From contig CACCYL010000001.1 in the NCBI GenBank assembly GCA_902550225.1, forward strand, positions 24,941 through 88,940: a DNA stretch of 64,000 nucleotides, written 5' to 3'. Both the position numbers and the translations under genes were made by a program. Origin of the DNA: an uncultured Alphaproteobacteria bacterium. Lineage in GTDB: Bacteria; Pseudomonadota; Alphaproteobacteria; Methylaequorales; Methylaequoraceae. Below the pieces are notes generated by a model. It saw only the letters and a list, made by a program, of their open reading frames with translations. It was not told the origin of the DNA and searched no databases. Below, piece by piece: positions 27,374-36,022 of this stretch. Numbering within the stretch: the stretch's first letter is position 1; every line of letters starts with the position of its first letter.

Positions 27374-29206
27374 CTACGGTAAAGCGAAGACAGTTAATAC
27401 GCCACCTAATGCAGTGTGGTTACTTAGTGCAGAGTATGCACCAACAGCACCTAAACCTGCAGTTGGGTCAGTAAGACCAGCAGCAAGACCGATTCCAGCC
27501 CAACCACCAACACCTGATAAGATACCTACATATTGCTTACCTTTATGAGAGTAAGCCATGAAGTTACCGATAATACCAGAAGGTGTTTTGAACGAGAATA
27601 GTTCTTTACCAGTTTTACTTTCAACAGCTTTAGCGTATCCTTCTAACGTACCGTAGAATGTAATTCCACCAGCTGTAGCTAATGCACCACTCCATACAGA
27701 GAAAGGCTCAGGGTTAGACCATGCGATCTTACCTTTGTCAGCATCCCATGCAATGAAGTTACCTAGGTGTGTTCCGCCTGGAGCTGGGTACATAGATAAT
27801 GTAGCACCAACATAAGCGTTACCAGCAACGTAGTCTACTTTGAATGGTTCGTAGTCCATGCAAACGTGGTTTGTTGGAACCATGAACAATCCAGATAGTC
27901 TATCGTAAGCAGCAGGCTGTTGGTCTTTAGTACCTAGAGCCGCTGGGCAGATGTTAGTAGTGTTAACATCTTCACCTTGGTGTGCAGTTGAATATCTGTC
28001 TACCACTTGTGGACGACCTGTTTTCATGTCAACGTGAGTTGCCCAGTTCACAGCTGGATCATACTTCTCAGCAACTAATAGCTCACCAGAAGCTCTATCC
28101 ATTGTGTAAGCAAAACCGTTTCTGTCAAAGTGTACAAGTGCTTGACGGTTTTTACCTTTTACTTTCATGTCAACAAGAATCATCTCGTTAACACCGTCGT
28201 AATCCCACTCATCGTAAGGAGTCATTTGATATAACCATTTAGCCATACCGTTGTCTGGGTTACGAGCCATAATCGTCATAGACCATTTGTTGTCACCAGG
28301 ACGAACAACTGGGTTCCATGTTGATGGGTTACCTGTACCGTAGTACAAAGTGTTTAATTTAGAGTCATAACCGTAGAAACCCCAAATTGAACCACCACCA
28401 ATTTTCCATGCATCACCAGGCCAAGTTTTCAATGAAGAATCTTTACCAATTGGTTTTAACATAGAAGTAGTTTTGTTTGGATCAACTAGCATGTCCTTAT
28501 CTGGACCCATGCTGTAAGCTCTCCAAAGTCTCTTACCACTGTTGATATCGTACTGTGTCCAGTTACATCTCACACCGAATTCAGCACCAGAACAACCAAC
28601 ACCTACCATGTCTTTGATGATGAATGGTTGACCTGAACCAGTAGAAGCAGAGACACCATATTTACCAGTACCAGAGTGTAGGTTAGTTGTAATCCACTTC
28701 TCTTTACCAGTTTTAGCGTCTAGCGCAATTACTGAAGTATCAGCAGCATGTAGAACGATAGTTCCATTAGGGTGATAGTTAACACCACGGTTTACGTTAT
28801 CGCAGCACATAACTGAAATAACTCTATCCATAGTTTCACCACCTGGATACTTACCACCTTTTACAGGGTTGTATTTCCACATGATTCTTTGGTTATCATT
28901 TAGATCTAAAGCGTACACTATGTTTGGAATTGCAGTGTGAACATACATTACATCACCAATTACTAGTGGACCACCTTCGTGTCCTCTAAGTACACCAGTA
29001 GAAAAAGTCCAAGCGACTTTTAAGCTACCAACGTTACTTTTATTGATTTGATCAAGGTTTGAGAAACGGTGACCAGCGTAATCGCCAGACTGTTGTACCC
29101 ATTGTCCTGGATCTTTCATCATTTTTTCAAGCTTTGAGTTAGCACTTACAGCAAATGGAAGAGCTAAAGCAGCTGAAGCAATGATGCTTTTTTTCAAAAT
29201 ACTCAT
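27374..29206 (-). CDS. xoxF: lanthanide-dependent PQQ methanol/alcohol dehydrogenase, XoxF type
   Basis: Eight-bladed PQQ-ADH signatures, vicinal-disulfide CC ([10 protein letters not shown]), and active site ..[11 protein letters not shown].. with D-Y-D (MxaF has D-x-A). Start chosen at MSILKKSII.. (AGGAGA SD, signal peptide). The ORF-track N-terminal 34 aa are rejected. Confidence 0.92.
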   Translation of the reverse strand: MSILKKSIIASAALALPFAVSANSKLEKMMKDPGQWVQQSGDYAGHRFSNLDQINKSNVGSLKVAWTFSTGVLRGHEGGPLVIGDVMYVHTAIPNIVYALDLNDNQRIMWKYNPVKGGKYPGGETMDRVISVMCCDNVNRGVNYHPNGTIVLHAADTSVIALDAKTGKEKWITTNLHSGTGKYGVSASTGSGQPFIIKDMVGVGCSGAEFGVRCNWTQYDINSGKRLWRAYSMGPDKDMLVDPNKTTSMLKPIGKDSSLKTWPGDAWKIGGGSIWGFYGYDSKLNTLYYGTGNPSTWNPVVRPGDNKWSMTIMARNPDNGMAKWLYQMTPYDEWDYDGVNEMILVDMKVKGKNRQALVHFDRNGFAYTMDRASGELLVAEKYDPAVNWATHVDMKTGRPQVVDRYSTAHQGEDVNTTNICPAALGTKDQQPAAYDRLSGLFMVPTNHVCMDYEPFKVDYVAGNAYVGATLSMYPAPGGTHLGNFIAWDADKGKIAWSNPEPFSVWSGALATAGGITFYGTLEGYAKAVESKTGKELFSFKTPSGIIGNFMAYSHKGKQYVGILSGVGGWAGIGLAAGLTDPTAGLGAVGAYSALSNHTALGGVLTVFALP

Positions 29207-29311
29207 AAAGTATTTCTCCTTTATTACGATTAATATTTGGGCGACTGCCCGGTTATTGATTGGAATCAAAAACAAACAAAAATCGTTAGTTATTTGATTT
29301 CCTCCCACCTC

Positions 29312-29342
29312 ATTATATTATGTCTGAATATCGTAAATTCAA
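29312..29342 (-). promoter_or_regulatory. candidate xoxF promoter
   Basis: The minus strand reads TTGAAT (29342..29337), then N16 to TAATAT or N19 to TATAAT (29317..29312). This would give a 5' UTR of about 100 nt containing the imperfect inverted repeat GGAATCAAA (29262..29270) / TTTGATTTCC (29293..29302). Confidence 0.3.
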
Positions 29343-29351
29343 GATAAAAAT

Positions 29352-29371
29352 ATGAATGTAACATGAACAAA
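29352..29371. repeat. tandem direct repeat ATGAATGTA-N2-ATGAACAAA (11-bp phasing)
   Basis: Read directly. It sits just upstream (relative to xoxF) of the candidate -35. Confidence 0.4.
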
Positions 29372-29479
29372 ATAAGGTGAAGGAAAAAAGATATATTATT
29401 TTAATAATAAAATCAATGGGTTAGGGCTAGATTTGCCTTGTAAAAAAGTTGTGGATAAGTCCAAAAAAAAATGTAGTAA

Positions 29480-29499
29480 ATGAACGTTAGATGAATGTT
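29480..29499. repeat. tandem direct repeat ATGAACGTT-N2-ATGAATGTT (11-bp phasing)
   Basis: Read directly. Same ATGAAYGT core and same 11-bp spacing as the pair at 29352..29371. Confidence 0.4.
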
Positions 29500-29649
29500 T
29501 AAATTAACTTTTGTTCAGAATTCAAAAAAATTAAGTGAAATCAATTACTTACACACATAAAAAATTTGGTCATTTTATTGAACTGCATTTTACAACGATT
29601 TATGCAAAAAAATTCTTAAATATCTACTCAATATGTGTATATTAATCTT

Positions 29650-30453
29650 ATGAATGCAATAAATAATAAGTTAATTTTTTTATTTTTATTATTTTCAATT
29701 ACTTTTGTATTTGCAAATGATAAAAAACCTGAACCCGTGACGTGGGAACAAAACGTAAAAGGGTTATTATATGATGATGGTGTTAAAATTAGGGATGGTT
29801 CAGACCTTATGGTTCTAGAAACACCCTACAGAGCTCTAGACGCAGCAATTGTTCCAATTTCAATAAACTTTCTAAAAGATCAACTACCTACTGATTATAT
29901 AAAACATCTAACAATTGTTATTGATGAAAATCCATCACCTATAGTCGGTAAATTTGAATTTAGTCCTAAAGTCGGTAATGCAAGTTTTTCAACAAGAGTT
30001 CGCATTGACAAATATACATATGTTAGAGCCATTGCTGAAAATAACAAAGGAGAAAAGTATATGGTTTCTAATTTTGTTAAAGCTGCTGGAGGTTGTTCAG
30101 CACCAAGTCTTGCTGACATGGATTCTGTTATGGCTCGATTAGGAAAAATGAAAATGAAATTTATAAAAACAAGTGATGCGACTGATAAATTAAATAAAGC
30201 TAAATTTTTAATAAGTCATCCTAACTTTTCTGGGTTACAGTTCAACCAACTGACTCGCTCGGAGATACCGGCACATTTCATAAATTTTGTTAGAATAGAG
30301 CAGGATGGAGACTTAATTTTTGAAGCTTCACCCGATATCTCTCTATCAGAAGATCCCTCTTTTACCTTTAATTATTTAAATACTGGCGGTTCACTGACAG
30401 TAAAAGTCAATGACAGTGAAGGACAAAGTTTTTCAAAAGAATTTTCTTTTTAA
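29650..30453 (+). CDS. quinoprotein-dehydrogenase-associated SoxYZ-like fusion carrier protein
   Basis: Signal peptide. The SoxY-like half ends in ..FVKAAGGCSAPS (GGC carrier-cysteine motif) and is followed by a SoxZ-like half. Divergent from xoxF. The start at 29650 (ATG) versus 29635 (GTG) is unresolved. Confidence 0.7.
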   Translation: MNAINNKLIFLFLLFSITFVFANDKKPEPVTWEQNVKGLLYDDGVKIRDGSDLMVLETPYRALDAAIVPISINFLKDQLPTDYIKHLTIVIDENPSPIVGKFEFSPKVGNASFSTRVRIDKYTYVRAIAENNKGEKYMVSNFVKAAGGCSAPSLADMDSVMARLGKMKMKFIKTSDATDKLNKAKFLISHPNFSGLQFNQLTRSEIPAHFINFVRIEQDGDLIFEASPDISLSEDPSFTFNYLNTGGSLTVKVNDSEGQSFSKEFSF

Positions 30454-30473
30454 CAAATTTTAACGATAAATAA

Positions 30474-30815
30474 TTAAAAACACTCTAATTCAGAAGCTGC
30501 TTGAGCTCTGAACAGCTTTTGCATCCTATCTTTTGAAAGTCCAACACTTTTAAAAGCTTCTTCTCTAGGACTGTTTCCTTCCCAGAGTCTTGCTATGGCT
30601 TCAGCTTGCGCGTATTCTTTAAAAGTAATCCTTTTAGCAATTTCATCAATTGCACATGAACACTTTGCCATAAAATCTCTATTCGAGGCATTTGAAGACA
30701 TGCATGCAAACACAAATTCAGACCGTGCTAGCGTTGGGAAATCATTTGAATGAGATTTATTAAACAGTAATGTTGCTAGGATTAAACTGATTGAAACAAA
30801 TAATTTATTTATCAT
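30474..30815 (-). CDS. small secreted 4-Cys protein, unknown function
   Basis: Signal peptide (..LLFNKSHS/ND). Cys residues in FACMSS, AKCSCAIDE and C-terminal ELECF. ATGA overlap with the upstream gene. Confidence 0.5.
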   Translation of the reverse strand: MINKLFVSISLILATLLFNKSHSNDFPTLARSEFVFACMSSNASNRDFMAKCSCAIDEIAKRITFKEYAQAEAIARLWEGNSPREEAFKSVGLSKDRMQKLFRAQAASELECF

Positions 30816-31645
30816 GATTTATTTTTATCCTTTCTTTTTTTATATTCTTCTCTAAGTTCTTTGTTGGTTCTAATGCCCTGAAACTGAAGTACTTCTTTAA
30901 CCATGTCATCAGGGTTTTCCAAATCCTTGATAAAGGCTTCAATTTTAAAAATAACACCAGGAATTTCTTCGGACATTGTAATAATAAATTTTTTTGTCTT
31001 GTATCTAGAAACTCGGTTTTTTAATTCAGTTTTAGTAAATGGCTGAAAGGCAATTTCTTTGGCTGAGATTTCCTGATTGTTGTAGTTAATTTTAATGTCT
31101 TTTACATCAGTAGCTGCAATTGTATGTCGTATTCTGCTCCGAAAAAAAAGAGCATTGCCCCCAGTCAATCTTTGCATATCTCTTGAGTCCCTCTCAAAAA
31201 AAAGCATAAAAACTGGGTTTCCTTTAGCGCCTATCTGAGGAGGAAATCTTACTTTATTTCTTCCTTTGAGATATCTAAAAGTAATGTGTTTCGTGTTATC
31301 ATCGTCAATTTTAACGATATTTAAAACAACATTACCAACAAAATTATCTTCTCTAGTGGATTCCTTTTGAAATTTGTAAAATATTCTCGACGGTTCTGTA
31401 ATAGTTTTTAGATGTTCGTCTATGAAAAGTGCGATATTTGCACTTGACATTTCTTTTATCAGCTCAAGTTTGAATTCCTCTGTTCCCCATTTAACTCTTT
31501 TTTCTTCAGCATTTTCAGCATTTGAGAAATCATCTGGATTGGCATCACTGTCAGCAGCAAAAGAGAGATTTGACAATAAACAAAAAAATACCAATAAAAT
31601 AACTGATAGATTATTTGAAGAATTTAATTTGTTATTATTTATCAT
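30812..31645 (-). CDS. secreted protein of unknown function
   Basis: The internal ATG (MINNNKLNSS..ILLVFFCLLSNLSFA/AD) gives a clean signal peptide. The ORF-track start at 31714 would overlap the divergent folB-like gene. I recognise no family. Confidence 0.5.
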   Translation of the reverse strand: MINNNKLNSSNNLSVILLVFFCLLSNLSFAADSDANPDDFSNAENAEEKRVKWGTEEFKLELIKEMSSANIALFIDEHLKTITEPSRIFYKFQKESTREDNFVGNVVLNIVKIDDDNTKHITFRYLKGRNKVRFPPQIGAKGNPVFMLFFERDSRDMQRLTGGNALFFRSRIRHTIAATDVKDIKINYNNQEISAKEIAFQPFTKTELKNRVSRYKTKKFIITMSEEIPGVIFKIEAFIKDLENPDDMVKEVLQFQGIRTNKELREEYKKRKDKNKS

Positions 31646-31697
31646 TACGTTATATTTATGATCTATAATTGTATGATTTTCAATAAAGATTTTACTT

Positions 31698-32192
31698 ATG
31701 TCAAATAAATACAAAAATATTTCAGTTATTTCAACAGGTTCTTGGGTACCATCTGACCAAAATTTTCTTGCAGATAAAAAAGGAACGTATCAAGTTCAAA
31801 TCAACGAACTTGTTCTTATGGTATCGATCGGAATTCATGAACATGAGAAAGTAAAAAAACAAAGAGTTTCTATTTCTTTATCTATTCAAGCCCTCGACAA
31901 TTTAGATAAAGTCGATGAGAATATAAATAATGTTGTTTCATACGAGCAGATCATAAAAAAATTAAAAAATATAATTTCGAAGGGACATATTGAACTACTG
32001 GAAACCCTTGGTGAAAAAATTATGGATATGTGTTTTGAAGAATCAAGAATTATGTCAGTATGGATGAAACTGGAAAAGTTAGATGTTTTTTCTGAAACAA
32101 AGAGTGTGGGCATTGAACTAGTTAGAAGTAAAAGGGATCATTTAGTAAGAAAATCTACTAGGACTAATATCGAAAAAATAAAAAAAAAATAA
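31698..32192 (+). CDS. folB: dihydroneopterin aldolase family protein (pterin branch of H4MPT synthesis)
   Basis: ..LVLMVSIGIHEHEKVKKQRVSISLSI.. and ..VVSYEQIIKKLKNII..GHIELLETLGEKI.. match the FolB fold pattern. Confidence 0.7.
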   Translation: MSNKYKNISVISTGSWVPSDQNFLADKKGTYQVQINELVLMVSIGIHEHEKVKKQRVSISLSIQALDNLDKVDENINNVVSYEQIIKKLKNIISKGHIELLETLGEKIMDMCFEESRIMSVWMKLEKLDVFSETKSVGIELVRSKRDHLVRKSTRTNIEKIKKK

Positions 32193-32211
32193 CTCCATTT
32201 CAAAAAACATT

Positions 32212-32823
32212 ATGTGGATTGTAAAAATAGGTGGTAGTTGGATAAATAACCCCAATTTAAGCAATTTAATTAAGAATCTTCAAAGATTATCTAACAAAGA
32301 CAATATTATCATCGTTAATGGCGGAGGGGTGTTTTCAGATTCAGTCAGATTAGTTTATGAAAGTAAAAGAATGTCTGAGAAAACAGGTAATTATATTGCA
32401 TTGAAAGCCACAGAATTATTTTCGCATCTTTTAAAAGAAATCGATAAAAATATTTGTTTAGTTGATGACATTGAATCCCTGAGATTCTCGAATAAAATGT
32501 TAAAAATTTGGCTTCCTTCTATGATTTTAAAAAACGATTCTACTTTTATAAAAAATTGGGAATCAACATCTGACTCAGTTGCTGCTTGGCTTCACAGCAA
32601 AATTAATTCATTAGGATTACTTTATGTAAAATCTTTAACCTTTGAAAAAAAAAAATATAAATTAAAATATCTTCAAGATAATGGAGTGTTGGATAAAAAC
32701 GTTGACAAGTATTTGATTAAGTCATCAAACATAAAAATTATCGGACAAGAAATAATAAATTTAATTGGAGCTTCTGACACTTTCAGAGAACTTTTTTTAG
32801 AATTAAATGAGATTAAACTTTGA
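32212..32823 (+). CDS. amino-acid-kinase-family protein, MfnE-like (furan-methanol phosphate kinase candidate)
   Basis: MWIVKIGGSW.. N-terminal glycine loop of the AA-kinase fold, about 200 aa. Context among methanofuran/H4MPT genes. Confidence 0.55.
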   Translation: MWIVKIGGSWINNPNLSNLIKNLQRLSNKDNIIIVNGGGVFSDSVRLVYESKRMSEKTGNYIALKATELFSHLLKEIDKNICLVDDIESLRFSNKMLKIWLPSMILKNDSTFIKNWESTSDSVAAWLHSKINSLGLLYVKSLTFEKKKYKLKYLQDNGVLDKNVDKYLIKSSNIKIIGQEIINLIGASDTFRELFLELNEIKL

Positions 32824-33377
32824 TGAACAAAAAAATTGAAAAAAGATGGGCTTGGGTTTTAACAGGGTCAGGACATTTCTTCTCTGAAACAATAGATCTA
32901 ATAAACAATTTAGAAAAAGTAGATTTATTTATTTCTAAAGCAGCAGAAGAAGTTTTAGTTATGTATAAAAAAAAGGGCAAAGTGTCAAAGAGCGTTAAAG
33001 TTTACCAAGATAATTCTGCCAGTTCGGCATCTGTTGGAAATTTTTACAAGGGAACATATCATACTCTTGTTATGGCTCCTACATCTAGTAACACAGTAGC
33101 AAAATGTGTTTATGGCATTTCAGACACCCTTGCAACTAATATTTTTGCACAGTCAGGAAAATGCAACGTTAATTGTATTTTTTTTCCATGTGATACTGCT
33201 CCGGAATTAAAAACAATGGCACCTGGTGGTCTTGTAGACGTATTTCCCCGAGCAATAGATTTAGAAAATGTTGAGAAATTAAAAAAATTTTCTATTACAA
33301 AAGTTGTAATGAGTTTTAAAGAGCTCGAGTCAGAAATAATTGAAAGAGAAAAATGTCTGAAAAAATCTTATTCCTGA
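32820..33377 (+). CDS. flavoprotein (AfpA/DmrB-like; dihydromethanopterin reductase candidate)
   Basis: ..WAWVLTGSGHFFSETIDLIN.. and ..VMAPTSSNTVAKCVYGISDTLATN.. match the PF02441-type flavoprotein pattern. Confidence 0.6.
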   Translation: MMNKKIEKRWAWVLTGSGHFFSETIDLINNLEKVDLFISKAAEEVLVMYKKKGKVSKSVKVYQDNSASSASVGNFYKGTYHTLVMAPTSSNTVAKCVYGISDTLATNIFAQSGKCNVNCIFFPCDTAPELKTMAPGGLVDVFPRAIDLENVEKLKKFSITKVVMSFKELESEIIEREKCLKKSYS

Positions 33378-34732
33378 CAGGAAAACTTGCTGAAAGACAA
33401 TTGAAAAGAATCTTATCTTCGATGAAACCTGAGTTTAGATATAAAATTAACCAGATTGGGGTTAACGTTGCCGCTTTAATGTCTGAAAACATTATAATGA
33501 GAAGATTAGACAAAGAGCAAAATGCAGACAGAATTATTGTTCCTGGGAAATTTAGAGGTGATCTTAAAAAACTTAGCAGATATTTTAATATTCCTGTAGA
33601 AAGGGGACCGGATGACATAAGCCATTTACCTGATTATTTTGGTCTAAAAAAACCAGATAATGAATTACTAGAATATGAATGTGAAATATTTGCAGAAATT
33701 GTAGATGCTGCAGATATGAGTATTAGAAAAATAATACAAGTTGCTAAAGATTATAAAAATCAGGGAGCTAATGTTATAGATCTTGGTTGCATGCCTGATA
33801 CCAAATTTGATCATCTAGAAGACACAATTAAAGCACTGAAGTGTAATGGATTTAAAGTGTCTGTAGATTCAGCAAATTCAGAGGAATTAATTCGTGGCGC
33901 TAACTCTGGTGCAGACTTCATTTTAAGTGTAAATGAGAAAAATCTTAATATTTTAGATGAAGTCAAAAGTGTTCCAGTAGTAATCCCTTCTAAGCCAGGC
34001 GATTTGAAGTCTCTGGAGCGAACGATTAAAAAACTAGAAATTAATAAAAGAGCCTTTTTTGCAGATCCAATTCTTGATCCCATTCATTACGGATTTTCCG
34101 AATCAATTATGCGTTATATTAAGTTAAGGAAAAATTATCCTAAAATTAATATTTTCATGGGAACAGGAAATTTAACTGAACTTACTGACAGTGATTCAGC
34201 GGGTGTGAATGCTACATTGATGGGATTAGTTTCAGAATTATCTATCGATGCTGTTCTTGTGGTTCAAGTAAGTGGTCATTGTAAAAATTCAATTAGAGAA
34301 ACTGATGCCGCAAGAAAAATAATGCACTTTTCAAAACAAAATAAACGATTACCATTTAGAATTGATAACAGTCTTATGGGAATGGCTGAGAGAAAACCTT
34401 CAAGAAAATCAAAAAAAGAGATCAAAGAAATAAAAAGTTTTATTAAAGATAAAAATTTTAGAATTTATGTAGGTGAGGATGGCATAAATATTTTTAATTC
34501 CGAAACTCATTTAGTTAAAATTGATCCATTTGATTTTTATGATAAGCTTAAAGTTGAAAATGATGCTAGCCATGCTTTTTATCTAGGTGTAGAGCTTGCT
34601 AGAGCCCAAATTGCATGGCAACTGGGTAAAAATTACGATCAAGATAATGAATTAAAATGGGGTGTTGCATCAAAAGTAAAAAAAGTTAGTTTGAAAAAGC
34701 GCCCAAAATTAAAATCAACGCAAAAAAAATGA
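33353..34732 (+). CDS. dihydropteroate-synthase-like pterin-binding protein (H4MPT biosynthesis)
   Basis: 459 aa. ..YKNQGANVIDLGCMPD.. pterin-binding barrel motif with an extra N-terminal domain, as in methylotroph and archaeal DHPS-like proteins. Confidence 0.65.
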   Translation: MSEKILFLTGKLAERQLKRILSSMKPEFRYKINQIGVNVAALMSENIIMRRLDKEQNADRIIVPGKFRGDLKKLSRYFNIPVERGPDDISHLPDYFGLKKPDNELLEYECEIFAEIVDAADMSIRKIIQVAKDYKNQGANVIDLGCMPDTKFDHLEDTIKALKCNGFKVSVDSANSEELIRGANSGADFILSVNEKNLNILDEVKSVPVVIPSKPGDLKSLERTIKKLEINKRAFFADPILDPIHYGFSESIMRYIKLRKNYPKINIFMGTGNLTELTDSDSAGVNATLMGLVSELSIDAVLVVQVSGHCKNSIRETDAARKIMHFSKQNKRLPFRIDNSLMGMAERKPSRKSKKEIKEIKSFIKDKNFRIYVGEDGINIFNSETHLVKIDPFDFYDKLKVENDASHAFYLGVELARAQIAWQLGKNYDQDNELKWGVASKVKKVSLKKRPKLKSTQKK

Positions 34733-35280
34733 TTATTGAAACAATAATTTGTACAAAGAATAATCAAGGAAATGTTAATTTTGCACCTTTTGGAATAAAA
34801 AAAAATAAAAATTACATATTAATTTCACCTTATATTCCCTCAACTACATTGAATAACCTCAGAGCAACAGGTAATGCATCAATTAATTATACTGATGACG
34901 CTACCTTTTTTGTAAATTGTTTATTAGGAAAGAAGAACTTTCAGAAAAAAAAATGTTCAAAAATTAATAGTTATTTTTTAAAAGATGCTTTGGCGCATGA
35001 TGAGGTTGTTGTTGAATCCGTCAAAGAAAATAAAGTAAGACCAATTTTCAAATGTAAGATCATAAATCAAGAAGAACACAAGCGATTTGAGGGCTTTAAC
35101 AGAGCAAGAAACTCTTTGATTGAAGCATGTATTTTAGCTTCGAGGGTGAAAATTTTAAAGAAAAAGCAAATATTAAAAGAATTGGAAGGCTTAAAAAATT
35201 CTGTCGAAAAAACAGCTGGGATTAAAGAGAGAAAAAGTTGGAATCTAATAAGTAAATTTATTTTAAATGAAACCAGGTGA
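34729..35280 (+). CDS. DUF447-like (FMN-binding split-barrel-like) protein, H4MPT-linked
   Basis: 183 aa. ..IIETIICTKNNQGNVNFAPFGI.. N-terminus typical of DUF447. ATGA overlap with the DHPS-like gene. Confidence 0.5.
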   Translation: MIIETIICTKNNQGNVNFAPFGIKKNKNYILISPYIPSTTLNNLRATGNASINYTDDATFFVNCLLGKKNFQKKKCSKINSYFLKDALAHDEVVVESVKENKVRPIFKCKIINQEEHKRFEGFNRARNSLIEACILASRVKILKKKQILKELEGLKNSVEKTAGIKERKSWNLISKFILNETR

Positions 35281-35290
35281 GTATAAAAAA

Positions 35291-36022
35291 ATGTCAGTTA
35301 GAACTAATTTGCTGGTTAGCTTAAGAAAACTTGATGAGCTTTCTGAGGAAATTATCAATAATGTGGATATTCTTGATTTAAAAGATCCTCTGAATGGTTC
35401 CATAGGCGCGTGGGATTTACAAGATATAAAAAAAGTAATATTTAGATTTAAAAATCAAATTCAGATTTCGGCAACTTTAGGCGATATTTTTATTAATCAG
35501 AAATTTCTTATTAAATTAAAACAATTTGATAAGTTAAATTTAGATTATATAAAGTTTGGTTTGTTATCTATGAATATAAAAAATTTGTTTGATAAAATAA
35601 AATTTTTAGGAGAAAGAAAGTTTAAAACAAAATTGGTATGTGTTGTATTTGTAGACATTTCCGATCACTTTAATTTAGTATATAAAAAGTTAGATTTATT
35701 TGAATCATGTGGAATCAAATATATAATGTTAGATACATATAACAAAAATAATGGTGACCTTTTATCATTTTGTAATGTTTCTAATCTTGATAAATTCATT
35801 TCTAAATGTAAAAAGTTTGATATAAAAATCGGTTTGGCTGGCTCTTTAAAAGAAACTCACATTCCTTTAATGATGAAGCTTAAACCAAATATTCTCGGGT
35901 TTAGGTCTGCAATTTGTAAATTTAACAAAAGAATGTCTGAGGTTGATACAAGAAAATTAAAGAAAATATCACGTTATTTCAATCTTTGTAATAATAAAGC
36001 AATTGAAACTGCGGGAGCATGA
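35291..36022 (+). CDS. mfnB: (5-formylfuran-3-yl)methyl phosphate synthase (MfnB/DUF556)
   Basis: ..NLLVSLRKLDELSE..VDILDLKDPLNGSIGAW.. (DxKxP Schiff-base lysine region) and ..MLDTYNK... Start chosen at MSVRT. Confidence 0.7.
   Translation: MSVRTNLLVSLRKLDELSEEIINNVDILDLKDPLNGSIGAWDLQDIKKVIFRFKNQIQISATLGDIFINQKFLIKLKQFDKLNLDYIKFGLLSMNIKNLFDKIKFLGERKFKTKLVCVVFVDISDHFNLVYKKLDLFESCGIKYIMLDTYNKNNGDLLSFCNVSNLDKFISKCKKFDIKIGLAGSLKETHIPLMMKLKPNILGFRSAICKFNKRMSEVDTRKLKKISRYFNLCNNKAIETAGA

Noticed and set aside
29207-29308. N-terminal 34-aa extension of xoxF in the ORF track ([10 protein letters not shown]...).
   Set aside because: The internal Met at 29206 is preceded by an AGGAGA SD and begins a canonical signal peptide ([22 protein letters not shown]). 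The extension has neither.
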